The position numbers were made by a program, and so were the translations under genes. Under the pieces are notes generated by a model. The model ran no database searches. It was not told the origin of the DNA and saw only the letters and a program-made list of their open reading frames with translations. A stretch of DNA of 62,267 nucleotides, the filler included. It is 5 parts of 5 records of this genome, joined end to end, with 100 filler letters (N's around TTAATTAATTAA, not from the genome) between each part and the next. Parts side by side here need not be neighbours in the genome. Positions count along the whole stretch, not along the records: positions 1 to 20,295 come from SRR20825006_1356; 4 more parts are not named here. One strand, 5' to 3'. Positions 1 through 10,102 of the stretch are shown here, piece by piece (the first letter of the stretch is position 1; each line of letters opens with the position of its first letter).

Positions 1-278
1 GTTTGTATAGCATATTGCTCTGCAGGCAATCCAAATGAATCATAACCTTGTGGGTGTAATACATTAAAGCCTTTATGACGTTTGTATCGCGCATAAATAT
101 CACTTGCAATATACCCAAGAGGATGTCCTACGTGTAAGCCGGCACCACTAGGATAAGGAAACATATCTAGCACATAGTACTTTGGCTTCTCGCTAGTATT
201 ACTAGCGTGAAATGTACCGTTCTTGGCCCAATACTGTTGCCATTTTTTTTCAATCTCGTTAAAGTGGTAATTGCTCAT
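1..278 (-). CDS. leuS: Leucyl-tRNA synthetase, N-terminal part (runs off the window; not in ORF track)
   Basis: My translation of the minus strand from ATG 278 gives [17 protein letters not shown]...[23 protein letters not shown], with the MFPYPSG and HIGH-type (HVGH) motifs of LeuRS. Confidence 0.95.
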   Translation of the reverse strand, partial: MSNYHFNEIEKKWQQYWAKNGTFHASNTSEKPKYYVLDMFPYPSGAGLHVGHPLGYIASDIYARYKRHKGFNVLHPQGYDSFGLPAEQYAIQ

Positions 279-345
279 TTGTGATGTGTATGCTGTTAAA
301 CCTATTTTTAATAAATAGATGTCTGATAATTAGATTTTGAAGCTG

Positions 346-353
346 CAAAAATA
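346..353 (-). promoter_or_regulatory. Bacteroidota housekeeping -7 promoter element for leuS
   Basis: Minus strand TATTTTTG matches the TAnnTTTG consensus, about 70 nt upstream of the leuS start. Confidence 0.55.
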
Positions 354-440
354 ACATTAATGTACGACAACGTAAACTTTGAACGTTGTTAGTTAAGCAG
401 AACCGATTTCTTTAGTATTTTTACCAAAACAAACCTACAA

Positions 441-1325
441 ATGGCTCGCAAATCGTCTTTTGAACGTTATCAAAAACGCCGCTTGATTACGTCCTACTTT
501 TCAGTGGTAATTAGTATCTCTCTTGTCCTATTTTTATTAGGATTGCTAGGTCTTTTAGTTTTAAATACTAAAAAGGTAGCAGATCACTTTAAGGAACAAA
601 TTGCATTAACTATTTACTTAAAAGATAATGCCAAGGATGTAGAGATTAAACAACTGCAAAAGAGTTTAGCGCTTGCAGAGTATACTAAATCTGCCACATT
701 TGTAAGCAAAGAAGAAGCAGCACAACAACATAGCCAAGATATTGGTGAAAATTTTATGGATTTCTTGGGTTACAACCCTTTACAGAATAGTATAGATGTT
801 TTTATGAATGCCGATTATGTAACGTCTGAAAGAATTGAAGAAATTTCAACAGAGATTACTGCTAAAGATTTTGTTGATGAGGTTACCTACGACAAGCCTT
901 TAATTTCATTATTAAATGATAACGTAAAACGAGTTACATTTTGGGTTTTGGTAATAAGCGGCATATTTACTTTTATAGCTGTATTACTTATAAACAGCTC
1001 TATTAGGCTTTCGGTATATAGCAAACGTTTTACTATTAAAACTATGCAAATGGTAGGTGCTACTAAACGTTTTATACGTAGACCGTTTATATGGAAGAGT
1101 GTTAGATTAGGAATGCTTGGCGCATTTTTGGCACTTTGTGGTATGGCGGCAATTTTATATTACTTAAACGAGAGCTTTCCAGAATTAAATATTTTGAGCG
1201 ATCCAATTTTAGTTGGCGCTTTATTTTTGGGTGTGTTTGTTGTAGGTATAATAATCACTTGGATTTCTACGTTTTTTGCAACACAGCGTTTCTTAAACTT
1301 AAAGACAGATGAGCTGTATTATTAA
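441..1325 (+). CDS. ftsX: Cell division permease FtsX
   Basis: 294 aa with an N-terminal TM helix, a periplasmic loop (GYNPL) and the C-terminal FtsX motif IKTMQMVGATKRFIRRPF followed by TM helices. Confidence 0.9.
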   Translation: MARKSSFERYQKRRLITSYFSVVISISLVLFLLGLLGLLVLNTKKVADHFKEQIALTIYLKDNAKDVEIKQLQKSLALAEYTKSATFVSKEEAAQQHSQDIGENFMDFLGYNPLQNSIDVFMNADYVTSERIEEISTEITAKDFVDEVTYDKPLISLLNDNVKRVTFWVLVISGIFTFIAVLLINSSIRLSVYSKRFTIKTMQMVGATKRFIRRPFIWKSVRLGMLGAFLALCGMAAILYYLNESFPELNILSDPILVGALFLGVFVVGIIITWISTFFATQRFLNLKTDELYY

Positions 1326-1456
1326 GTAGTAGCCTTTTAAAATTTGGTATATCGCTTTATATAGTTCTAAGAGATAAATATGTTACTTTGCAGCTTATAA
1401 TTACTTTTTTATACAAAGGGTTATAAACGCTAAAAGAGTACTGAAATTTAATAATT

Positions 1457-1717
1457 ATGGGAGAACAAAAACGAAAAGAACAACGCGAACCTAAGTTTAT
1501 CTTTACAAAGAAAAACTATCAGGTTATGGCTATTGGCCTTGGTGTTATTGCTTTAGGGTTTATCTTAATGTCTGGTGGTGGCAGCGATGATCCAGATGTG
1601 TTTAACCCAGAAATTTATAACTTCAGACGCATACGTTTAGCGCCATTTTTAGTCTTATTAGGTTTTGGGATTGAGGTGTATGCAATCCTTTTAAACCCAA
1701 ATAAAAAGAAAAAATAA
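1457..1717 (+). CDS. DUF3098-like small membrane protein
   Basis: Two TM helices with KNY...GFILMSGGGS.DP..FN...RRI.LAP; sits between ftsX and uppP, as is usual in Bacteroidota. Confidence 0.8.
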   Translation: MGEQKRKEQREPKFIFTKKNYQVMAIGLGVIALGFILMSGGGSDDPDVFNPEIYNFRRIRLAPFLVLLGFGIEVYAILLNPNKKKK

Positions 1718-1733
1718 GCGTTAAAATTTACTT

Positions 1734-2528
1734 ATGAGCGAATTAGACGCACTCTTACTTGGTATTATACAAGGTCTTACAGAATTTTTGCCCGTATCTT
1801 CTAGTGGGCATTTAGAATTAGGAAAAGCAATTTTAGGTGACACAAGTTTACCAAGTGAATCTTTGTTGTTTACCGTAGTAGTTCATTTTGCAACTGCACT
1901 AAGTACTATTGTTGTTTACAGAAAAGACATTTTAGATATTTTAAAAGGCTTGTTTCAATTTAAATGGAATGACGATTTAAAGTTCTCCTTAAAAATTATT
2001 TTATCAATGATACCTGCTGCTGTGGTAGGTGTTCTCTTTGATGAGGAGATTGAAGCTTTATTTAATGGCAATATCTTGTTTGTAGGCTTTATGCTTATTG
2101 TAACAGCTTTGTTATTATGGTTGGCAGACAAAGCTAAAGACACCAATAAGAATGTCTCTTTTCCAAATGCATTAACTATAGGAATTTCTCAAGCAATAGC
2201 TATTTTACCTGGAATTTCAAGAAGTGGTGCAACCATATCAACAGCTGTTCTTCTAGGAATAGACAAAACCAAAGCAGCTCGATTTTCTTTCTTAATGGTA
2301 GTGCCATTAATCTTAGGTAAAATTGCGAAAGACATTATGAGTGGAGACATAACAACTACGTCTTCAAATAATTTGGTCTTAATTATTGGCTTTATATCTG
2401 CGTTTGTAGCAGGTCTTGTTGCGTGTACCTGGATGATAAAATTAGTTAAGAAAAGTAAACTGTCTTATTTTGCTATCTATTGCCTTGTTGTAGGTTTAAT
2501 AGCAATTGGCGTTGCCTATTTTCAATAG
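1734..2528 (+). CDS. uppP: Undecaprenyl-diphosphate phosphatase (BacA)
   Basis: Signature motifs QGLTEFLPVSSSGH and PGISRSGAT. Confidence 0.95.
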   Translation: MSELDALLLGIIQGLTEFLPVSSSGHLELGKAILGDTSLPSESLLFTVVVHFATALSTIVVYRKDILDILKGLFQFKWNDDLKFSLKIILSMIPAAVVGVLFDEEIEALFNGNILFVGFMLIVTALLLWLADKAKDTNKNVSFPNALTIGISQAIAILPGISRSGATISTAVLLGIDKTKAARFSFLMVVPLILGKIAKDIMSGDITTTSSNNLVLIIGFISAFVAGLVACTWMIKLVKKSKLSYFAIYCLVVGLIAIGVAYFQ

Positions 2529-2545
2529 TATCTTTTAAGAATTCT

Positions 2546-2553
2546 TACCTTTG
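2546..2553 (+). promoter_or_regulatory. TAnnTTTG promoter element upstream of truB
   Basis: TACCTTTG lies 16 nt before the ATG at 2570. Confidence 0.55.
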
Positions 2554-2569
2554 AAACTCAAATTTTCAC

Positions 2570-3286
2570 ATGTCTCAAAGTCAATTTTCTGCAGAAAAAT
2601 TTAAAGAAGGTCAAGTTCTTTTACTTGATAAACCCTTAGAGTGGACCTCTTTTCAAGTGGTGAACAAAGTGCGTTGGATGATTAGAAAATCCTGCGATAT
2701 TAAAAAGATAAAAGTAGGTCATGCAGGAACTTTAGATCCATTAGCAACGGGATTGCTACTTATCTGTACTGGAAAGTTTACCAAAACCATTAATGAGTTA
2801 ATGGGACAGGAAAAAGAATATACTGGCACAATTACTTTAGGTGCAACCACTCCTAGTTATGATCTTGAAACAGAGGTTAATGAAAACTTTGATATATCTC
2901 ACATCACGGCAGATTTAATACACAACACTACAGCCCAATTTACCGGTGATATTTTACAACAGCCACCTATATTTTCAGCATTAAAAAAAGATGGCGTTCG
3001 TCTTTACGAACACGCGAGAAAAGGTGAAACTGTGGACATTCCTAAAAGACAAGTCCATATTTCAACATTCGAAATAACCAATATCGATATGCCAAATGTA
3101 GAGTTTAGAGTAACGTGTAGTAAAGGGACTTATATTAGGAGCTTGGCTAATGATTTTGGAAAGGCATTACAATCTGGAGGACATCTTAGTGTGTTAAGAC
3201 GTACTAAAATAGGAGACTTTAACGTTAATGACGCGTTAAAAATAGAAGATTTTGCACGGTTATTGCCTGATTTTGAGGAGAATTAG
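2570..3286 (+). CDS. truB: tRNA pseudouridine(55) synthase
   Basis: LDKP..WTS, KVGHAGTLDPLATG with the catalytic Asp, and CSKGTYIRSL. Confidence 0.95.
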   Translation: MSQSQFSAEKFKEGQVLLLDKPLEWTSFQVVNKVRWMIRKSCDIKKIKVGHAGTLDPLATGLLLICTGKFTKTINELMGQEKEYTGTITLGATTPSYDLETEVNENFDISHITADLIHNTTAQFTGDILQQPPIFSALKKDGVRLYEHARKGETVDIPKRQVHISTFEITNIDMPNVEFRVTCSKGTYIRSLANDFGKALQSGGHLSVLRRTKIGDFNVNDALKIEDFARLLPDFEEN

Positions 3287-4020
3287 TGTCTTTAAGAATT
3301 ATATTTACACACTTGAATTTAACGAACTCACATAAAGCCCTTTTATTGTCCATAGCATTTGTGGGCGTATTAATAATTGCATTGTTCAGTTTTAAAATGA
3401 ACCAGGAACAAAAGCAAAAAGAATTGCTTATGGAGTTAGATATAGAAGAACAATTGGCTCAAATTAAAGAGCAGGAAGAACTACCTCCAAAACCACAAAC
3501 TACTAAAATCACAAAGTCTGTTACCAATGAAGCGTTTAACGAAAGCGAGCAAGTTACAGATGAAGATTTTGAAAGTAGGATGCAAGACATTATTGAGCGT
3601 AATGCAGAACAACGTGAAGCTTTAGAAAGCTCTAACTCTTCAGGTTCTGCAGATTTAGATAGTGGTCAAGGCAATGCAAAAGAAACTAGTAAGCCAATCT
3701 CTAATGCAAATGCAAAGCAGACAACCTCTAAATATAAAAGTAACAGAAGAAGTAATATTTCTTATTACTTACCTACTAGAGACAAAATTAAGATACCTAA
3801 CCCAATATACACGTGTGATCAAGAAGGTACTGTTGTTATAAATATTACTGTTAATGAATACGGGTTGGTTACAAAAACAGACTATAATAGGTCTCAATCA
3901 ACGACTAGTAACGGGTGTTTGGTAGATGAAGCATTATATTATGCAGAACGTGCTCGGTTTAGTGAAGACGCTTCAAAAGACAATCAAAAAGGTACAATTA
4001 CGTACCAATTTCAGAATTAA
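3286..4020 (+). CDS. TonB-like energy transducer / TonB C-terminal-domain protein
   Basis: N-terminal TM anchor, low-complexity linker and a C-terminal P.Y.C..EG.VV..I.V...G.V...QKGTITY.F domain. The start codon is uncertain. Confidence 0.7.
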   Translation: MSLRIIFTHLNLTNSHKALLLSIAFVGVLIIALFSFKMNQEQKQKELLMELDIEEQLAQIKEQEELPPKPQTTKITKSVTNEAFNESEQVTDEDFESRMQDIIERNAEQREALESSNSSGSADLDSGQGNAKETSKPISNANAKQTTSKYKSNRRSNISYYLPTRDKIKIPNPIYTCDQEGTVVINITVNEYGLVTKTDYNRSQSTTSNGCLVDEALYYAERARFSEDASKDNQKGTITYQFQN

Positions 4021-4650
4021 TTAAGCTAAAATAATCTTGGGCTCCAAAAGCGTTAAGAAGTCGTTTATTATAGTTTCTCCTTTATCTTTATTATACCAAA
4101 CCTGTAAGTGCTCTTTAAATTCAGGATCTAAAGCACCGTGTAACGCTTTGTAGTCTGCTACCATTTTTGTGGCAACAGATGGTCTTGGTCCCCAATCTGC
4201 ATCAATACTATCTGTAGCTTCATTATATAAAATAACCTTTGGAATTGCCTTCCCACCATTGGTTAAGAAACAGCTCATAAGTTCAGGATGTTCATCTCTT
4301 AGTACAATCTTTAAGTTGAAATTAGAATTGAGTTCCACAATTTTTTGAATTACAGGTAAAATTTGAGCAGCATCTCCACACCAACCTTCAGTAATAACTA
4401 AAAACGTAATAGGTGTTTTAAAGGCTTCAAATTTTTGCTGTGCCTTTTCAGAAATTTTTATGGTCTTACCAAGACGCTTCATACGTCTGTCATTTAACAC
4501 GCTGTAATCTAACAATGCTTCAGTTTGTTCATTTCCTGTAGACTTGTTTTGAAGTATTAAGTTAGACACCAATGTTCTATAAGTGTCATAAGACATTCCT
4601 GTTTTTAAACTTTCTTTTACTATTTGAAGCACTGCTGAACTCATAATCAC
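4021..4650 (-). CDS. Thioredoxin-family protein (Thioredoxin_9-like)
   Basis: TEGWCGDAAQ, LRDE, TNGGKAIP and WGPRP motifs. Confidence 0.8.
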   Translation of the reverse strand: MIMSSAVLQIVKESLKTGMSYDTYRTLVSNLILQNKSTGNEQTEALLDYSVLNDRRMKRLGKTIKISEKAQQKFEAFKTPITFLVITEGWCGDAAQILPVIQKIVELNSNFNLKIVLRDEHPELMSCFLTNGGKAIPKVILYNEATDSIDADWGPRPSVATKMVADYKALHGALDPEFKEHLQVWYNKDKGETIINDFLTLLEPKIILA

Positions 4651-4710
4651 TAATTTTTATAATCTGTCGGTAAGCCTTATTTTTACTTACTCACAATTTA
4701 TAATAAAGAT

Positions 4711-5280
4711 ATGGAAAAGCATCGCTGTGGTTGGTGTATAGGAGATCCTTTGTATGAGGCTTATCACGATTTAGAATGGGGTGTTCCTTTGTATGACGAA
4801 GACCAGTTGTTTGAGTTTCTTATCCTAGAAACATTTCAAGCGGGTTTAAGTTGGATAACCATCCTTAGAAAGCGTGAAAATTTTAGGGCTGCATTTCAAA
4901 ACTTTGATTATAAAAAAATAGCGCAATATAACTCAACAGACATTGAGCGTCTTATGGCAGATGCTGGTATTGTAAGAAACAGATTGAAAATAAAGGCCAC
5001 CATAACTAATGCCCAACAATTTATGAAGGTGCAAGATGAGTTTGGTAGCTTTTCAAAATACATTTGGGGCTTTGTAAACCATAAGCCAATACAAAATGCC
5101 GTTAAGCATTATAAAGAAGCACCAGCAAACACATCTTTGAGCGACACTATAAGTAAAGATTTAAAACAACGCGGATTTAAATTTGTAGGTTCAACCGTAA
5201 TTTATGCACATATGCAAGCCACAGGAATGGTGAATGATCACGAGGTTAATTGTTTTAGGTATAACGAAGTTAAATTATAA
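4711..5280 (+). CDS. tag: DNA-3-methyladenine glycosylase I
   Basis: RCGW, YHD.EWG, FQAGLSW, GIVRNRLKI and MQATGMVNDH...C motifs. Confidence 0.95.
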   Translation: MEKHRCGWCIGDPLYEAYHDLEWGVPLYDEDQLFEFLILETFQAGLSWITILRKRENFRAAFQNFDYKKIAQYNSTDIERLMADAGIVRNRLKIKATITNAQQFMKVQDEFGSFSKYIWGFVNHKPIQNAVKHYKEAPANTSLSDTISKDLKQRGFKFVGSTVIYAHMQATGMVNDHEVNCFRYNEVKL

Positions 5281-5865
5281 ATGAATACAATGTATAAATA
5301 TGCGTTATATACAGCTGTTTTCTTTTTAACGGCTACAGGATTTAGTCAAGTTAAAAAAGAATACGAGAAACGTATTTCTGAAGCTGACTTTCCTGCTGAA
5401 GCTTTGTCGTTAATCTCACCATTTAAAAAAGAATTTAATCGACTTAAGTACTACAAAGAATTTGATGGCGACAACCAAAGTTTTGAAGCTAAGTTTAAAT
5501 ATGAAAGTAGCCATTATAGCGTAGAGTTTAATAATGAAGGTAAATTAGAGGATGTTGAGCTTAAGCTCTCAAAAAATAAACTTCCAAAAGCACTTTGGGA
5601 AGCAATTAAACTAAATTTAGACTCCAACTACGAACGTTGGAAGCTAGAGAAACTACAATGCCAATACAGCCATATAAATAACCCAAAAGAAACTTTAGAA
5701 AAAGCATTAAATAAAACTCAAACTAAACAAGAAAACTATGAGTTAATAGTTGCTATAAAACAAAAAGGGAAGCTTAAAAAAATGGAGATTCTTTTTAATG
5801 CAAGAGGCGAAGTTTTAAACCGTAGAGATATACTAAGACGTTCTTATGATTTCCTTATTTTCTAA
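5281..5865 (+). CDS. Exported hypothetical protein (PepSY/BLIP-like repeats possible)
   Basis: Signal-peptide-like N-terminus and a YSVEF...G.LEDVE pattern. The family assignment is tentative. Confidence 0.55.
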   Translation: MNTMYKYALYTAVFFLTATGFSQVKKEYEKRISEADFPAEALSLISPFKKEFNRLKYYKEFDGDNQSFEAKFKYESSHYSVEFNNEGKLEDVELKLSKNKLPKALWEAIKLNLDSNYERWKLEKLQCQYSHINNPKETLEKALNKTQTKQENYELIVAIKQKGKLKKMEILFNARGEVLNRRDILRRSYDFLIF

Positions 5866-6541
5866 AGTATTACTAGGTGTGTTTTTATGTCTTGGCTTTT
5901 TGGGCGCAGCTCAAGATGGTACAACGCTATTAAATCAATCTTCAATTAAACTCAATATAAAAACAGAAACGCGTTGGTCTTATAATTTTGGCACAGAATA
6001 TAGAACCTTATTAACCGAGTCTATTGGTAATTCACCATTAAAGTTTGATAGTCAACATTTAGAGTTTTTCCATAATACAAGTTATGAGGTAGGCTTTTAT
6101 GCAACTCTAAGTTTAGGGGTAATGTATAGATTTAGAAATCCTTTTGAAGCTAATAAAGGGAATGAGTTTAGAGTGTCTCAACAATATAGCTACGCAAAAC
6201 CTTTTAATGCTATTAGGATAGGTCATCGCATAAAGGTAGATGAGCGTATTTATGACAGCGAAACTGTTATTAGAACTCGATATAGGATTGCTTTAGATGC
6301 ACCATTGAGTGGTTTAAAATTAGATACGAAAGAATTTTATGGTGTAATATCAACCGAAGTTCTGTCAAGTTTTAGTGAGAAAGCGAAACCAGAAATAGAC
6401 CAACGTTTTACTTTAGGGTTGGGCTATCAGCTTTATAAGAATATGAAGTTACAAGGTGATGTTGAATATAGGTTTGAAAATTATTTTAATACTACAGAAC
6501 AACGCATGTTTCTTAATTTAGGGCTTATAGTCTCAATGTAA
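5846..6541 (+). CDS. DUF2490-like outer-membrane beta-barrel protein
   Basis: Signal peptide, amphipathic strands, E.R..QQ, HR...ER, R.RYR and Q.RF..G.GY motifs. Confidence 0.7.
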   Translation: MISLFSKVLLGVFLCLGFLGAAQDGTTLLNQSSIKLNIKTETRWSYNFGTEYRTLLTESIGNSPLKFDSQHLEFFHNTSYEVGFYATLSLGVMYRFRNPFEANKGNEFRVSQQYSYAKPFNAIRIGHRIKVDERIYDSETVIRTRYRIALDAPLSGLKLDTKEFYGVISTEVLSSFSEKAKPEIDQRFTLGLGYQLYKNMKLQGDVEYRFENYFNTTEQRMFLNLGLIVSM

Positions 6542-6548
6542 TACTTGA

Positions 6549-7187
6549 CTATTTTAGAAACTCTAAAAACGATTCCCTTGAAATTTCTTTAGCACCTAAA
6601 CGTTCCAAATGATTAGTGTGCATCTGGCAATCAATAAGTTTTACACCTTCGTTTTCAAGTTTTCTCACTAATGATATAAACCCGTATTTTGAGGCGTTAC
6701 TAACTTTTGTAAACATACTTTCTCCACAAAACAGGTGTTTGTCTTTTAGATAAATGCCATACAAACCGCCTACCAGTAAATTGTCTTGCCAAACCTCTAC
6801 AGACGTTGCAACACCTTGGTGGTGTAATTCTGTATAAGCATCGATCATTTGAGATGTAATCCAAGTACCGTCTTGGTCTGGTCTCTCAATTTCTGAACAC
6901 GCAGTTATAACATCTTTAAAATGGGTGTTGTATGTTACTTTAAACTTTTGTTGATTAAATAATTGGCGCATACTTTTATGAACTTTTAGTTCTTTTGGAA
7001 ATAACACCATCCTTGGATTTGGTGACCACCACATAATCATTTCGTCATCATTAAACCAAGGAAAAATACCAGAGTTATAGGCTAATAACAAACGTTCTGG
7101 AGATAAATTTCCGCCTACAGCCAACAAGCCATCATGATTAGCTTCACTCGGATTGGGGAACCATAACGTCTCGTCTAATAAGTACAT
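6549..7187 (-). CDS. aat: Leucyl/phenylalanyl-tRNA--protein transferase
   Basis: GLLAVGG.L, AY..GIFPW, WWSPNPR, LVGGLYG, GESMF, ASK and IDCQ motifs. Confidence 0.95.
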   Translation of the reverse strand: MYLLDETLWFPNPSEANHDGLLAVGGNLSPERLLLAYNSGIFPWFNDDEMIMWWSPNPRMVLFPKELKVHKSMRQLFNQQKFKVTYNTHFKDVITACSEIERPDQDGTWITSQMIDAYTELHHQGVATSVEVWQDNLLVGGLYGIYLKDKHLFCGESMFTKVSNASKYGFISLVRKLENEGVKLIDCQMHTNHLERLGAKEISRESFLEFLK

Positions 7188-7257
7188 TTACTTGGCAGTT
7201 AAAGTGTTGCTAATGTTAAATCTATAATATGCGGTTGTATGTCTGACTTTTTTTAGT

Positions 7258-7382
7258 CATATTTGAGGTAACCTTTATAGCATAAATTTTGTTCATCATT
7301 GCTTTTTTAGAGTTTTGTCTATACGGGTTAACCTAAAACCAAAATATGAAACGCTTCGCTTTTGCGAGGCGTTTCGCTTTCT
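7258..7382 (+). ncRNA. Candidate small RNA (promoter-like element, long hairpin, terminator)
   Basis: CATATTTG at 7258-7265, imperfect hairpin at 7266-7334 with a TTCATCATTGCTTTT loop, and terminator-like stem at 7348-7375. No plus-strand gene here. Confidence 0.4.
7348..7382. terminator. Intrinsic terminator-like hairpin
   Basis: GAAACGCTTCGC-TTTT-GCGAGGCGTTTC stem (one G:U pair) followed by GCTTTCT. Confidence 0.6.
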
Positions 7383-7518
7383 ATAAACTTTTATTAAGGT
7401 TAAAAAAGCTGTCTACGCAAACTTAGTAAATACTAAAAAGAGAAGTGAAATCTTGATGAAAGCTTTTTAATAAAAGTGCGGTTTTAAAAGTTGCAAAGTC
7501 ATTATCTCTATTATATGC

Positions 7519-8484
7519 TTATTTTGAGTCTTTAAAAACCACTGTGCTTTGGCGTTCTCTATTAACGTGCAGTTGTGTAACATCTGGTCTTGAGTAATGC
7601 CCAACAGGATCAAAATTTTGGCGCTCTTTATATACGCTCTTAAAATCTATAGTTTTATAAATTATACCTTCTTTATTAATTATTGGCTCTAAAAGAAATT
7701 CACCATCTGGGCCAGCAATTGCAGAACCACCATTACTAAGTTGTGTTGGTGCATTTTTTAATATGTCATTTACAAAAGGTGTGTCTTCAGGAAAATCTTT
7801 AGTGGTCATAACACTCGACACAGAAACGACAAAAGAACGAGACTCTCTAGCTATAAAACGCGTAATATCTTTTGTGTTATGCTCACTGCCAGGCCAAACA
7901 GCAATATGTAAATTTTCACCTTGTGCATAAAGAGAAGCTCTAGGTAAAGGCATCCAATTTTCCCAGCAATTAAGACCGCCAACTGTAAATTGCTTAAGCT
8001 TGTGTACTTGTAAGCCATGACCATCTCCTGGAGACCACGTTAGGCGTTCATCATAAGTAGGTTGTAATTTCCTGTGAACAGACTTAATCTCTCCATCTGA
8101 ATTTATAAACACTAAAGACGCATATAGGCTATGACCACCACGATCCTTAGGGCGTTCTATAATGCCAAGATAACATGACATGCTGTGAGATTTTAGCGTA
8201 CTGCAAATTTCATCTAAGTCACCATCCTCTATACATACTGCATTATTACAATAATGTGCGTGCAAAGTTTTATTAGTGTCTAAATTCCAACCAGCGCCAT
8301 TGGTGTAAGCTAACCAATGTGGGTAGCCAGGTAAAACACCTTCTCCAAATACTATTAACTCTGCCTGTTCTTTTCCAGCATTATTTATAGTGTCTATTAT
8401 TTTTTCTGTAGTGGCTTTTTTATTTAGCCATACTGGAGAAATTTGGGCTAAAGCAAGGTGTAATGTAGATGAATTGGTTGTCAT
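7519..8484 (-). CDS. Nitrilase (carbon-nitrogen hydrolase family)
   Basis: E-K-C triad in FGEG..PGYP, HRKLQPTYDER and NCWENW; C-terminal FDPVGHYSRPDV. Confidence 0.9.
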   Translation of the reverse strand: MTTNSSTLHLALAQISPVWLNKKATTEKIIDTINNAGKEQAELIVFGEGVLPGYPHWLAYTNGAGWNLDTNKTLHAHYCNNAVCIEDGDLDEICSTLKSHSMSCYLGIIERPKDRGGHSLYASLVFINSDGEIKSVHRKLQPTYDERLTWSPGDGHGLQVHKLKQFTVGGLNCWENWMPLPRASLYAQGENLHIAVWPGSEHNTKDITRFIARESRSFVVSVSSVMTTKDFPEDTPFVNDILKNAPTQLSNGGSAIAGPDGEFLLEPIINKEGIIYKTIDFKSVYKERQNFDPVGHYSRPDVTQLHVNRERQSTVVFKDSK

Positions 8485-8795
8485 AAAAATGCGCTTATTT
8501 TCTATTGGTTAAGATAAGATAACATTTGTAATTTTTAAACCTATGTTAAACATACTGTTTCCCTTAATACATATACAAATAACATATAAAAGGATGCTTT
8601 TAATTGCTATAAAAATAGTCCCTTAATTTAATTAATGAGAATAAATGAAATGTAACCGAAATGTAAATTATATGCTGATTTAATTTAGTGACAACCTTAT
8701 GGTTATGATTGCTTAATTGAATGTTTTTGAGTGGATTAACATACCTTGGTATATTAGCATTGTCATTTATTAATCAATAAAAAAAATCAAAAAAA

Positions 8796-9134
8796 ATGAA
8801 AACGCTAATTACAATTATTGCAGTAAGCCTGATGACATTAACCTCATCTTTTGCAAACACAGATCCTCTTGAAGATGATGCCAAAGAACAGCTTAGAGAG
8901 CAAGTTATGGTATTGTTAGAAAACCCAACTGTTGAAGTAGACAACGCTTCAATAAGCAGTACAATTACTTTTACAATTAACTCTAATGGAGAGTTGGTAG
9001 TTTTAGATGTAGCTACAAAGAACACACAGGTAAAACAGTTTGTAATTAAGACCTTAAATTACAAGAAGACGACAATGGTACCACAAAACTTCGGAAAAGT
9101 GTTTAAAGTAAAGTACACTATAGAGAAAGCTTAA
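8796..9134 (+). CDS. Small exported hypothetical protein
   Basis: Signal peptide, F.IN..GE.VVL.V pattern common in flavobacterial small proteins, and its own terminator. Confidence 0.7.
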   Translation: MKTLITIIAVSLMTLTSSFANTDPLEDDAKEQLREQVMVLLENPTVEVDNASISSTITFTINSNGELVVLDVATKNTQVKQFVIKTLNYKKTTMVPQNFGKVFKVKYTIEKA

Positions 9135-9157
9135 AACTAACAAGAGTTTTTGCTAAG

Positions 9158-9189
9158 AACCTGTTTCAATCCTGAGACAGGTTTTTTTT
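9158..9189 (+). terminator. Intrinsic terminator
   Basis: AACCTGTTTCA-ATCC-TGAGACAGGTT followed by a T tract, between convergent genes. Confidence 0.7.
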
Positions 9190-10099
9190 ATAGAATCCTA
9201 TTTAGTAAAAGTTGAACATCAATCAATACAATACTCAAAACACCAAGAACTATAATAAACTTGAGGAAATTGTGAAGCAACACATATTGTATTTTCGAAG
9301 TAGAAACCCATAAAAACAAACAGAAGACAATAAGTAGAATTATGCTTCCGTAGAAATAGAAATCCATATACCCTAACTTAAACTTAGTAATGAGCAGGAA
9401 TATAGGTACTAAAGTTAGCATAGCTAAAATTGTTAGCATCTTCTTGCTAAATGTAACGCCATAGGTAACTGGAATTGTATGATAGTCTTGTGCTAAATCT
9501 CCTTTTAGGTTCTCCAAATCTTTTACCAATTCTCGCATCGCAATTACTAAAAATAGAAATGTCGCATGTACAAATATGACTAAGTCGAAATTTTTATAGT
9601 ATACAAATACAGCAAAGAATGGAACTACAGCCAAAACTGAAGCCGTTATATTTCCTACAAATGCAAACCTCTTAAGTTTATGCGAGTAAAACCAAATAGC
9701 AAAAATATAGACACTAAAAAAAAGCACAGCTTTAAATGAAATATAACTGGCCAAAACAACCGATAAAAAATTAAAGATAAAATAGGTGTTTAGTTTAGTG
9801 CGTTGTTTTACATAACCGTCTATTTTGCTTTTTAATGGTCTGTTTATAACATCTTTCTCGGCATCGTAAAAATTATTTATAATGTAGCCGCCAGCAATTG
9901 CCAAAGCAGATGCTATTACCAGTATAAAAAGGTTATGGTCAAACAATACTTTAGATAATGGCAGTTGCGGTGCCAAAATATAAATAGAGGTAAGGTATTG
10001 TGCTAAGATTATAACTAAGATGTTATAACCTCTAATTGATGAAAATAAACTTAAGATTTTTAGCAACACGACCTTATGAGTGCGCTTTAGGAAAGACAT
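9188..10099 (-). CDS. UbiA-superfamily prenyltransferase (DGGGP-synthase-like)
   Basis: Asp-rich motifs GYIINNFYDAEKD.IN.P and RELVKDLENLKGD; multi-pass membrane protein. Confidence 0.85.
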   Translation of the reverse strand: MSFLKRTHKVVLLKILSLFSSIRGYNILVIILAQYLTSIYILAPQLPLSKVLFDHNLFILVIASALAIAGGYIINNFYDAEKDVINRPLKSKIDGYVKQRTKLNTYFIFNFLSVVLASYISFKAVLFFSVYIFAIWFYSHKLKRFAFVGNITASVLAVVPFFAVFVYYKNFDLVIFVHATFLFLVIAMRELVKDLENLKGDLAQDYHTIPVTYGVTFSKKMLTILAMLTLVPIFLLITKFKLGYMDFYFYGSIILLIVFCLFLWVSTSKIQYVLLHNFLKFIIVLGVLSIVLIDVQLLLNRIL

Positions 10100-10102
10100 A
10101 AC

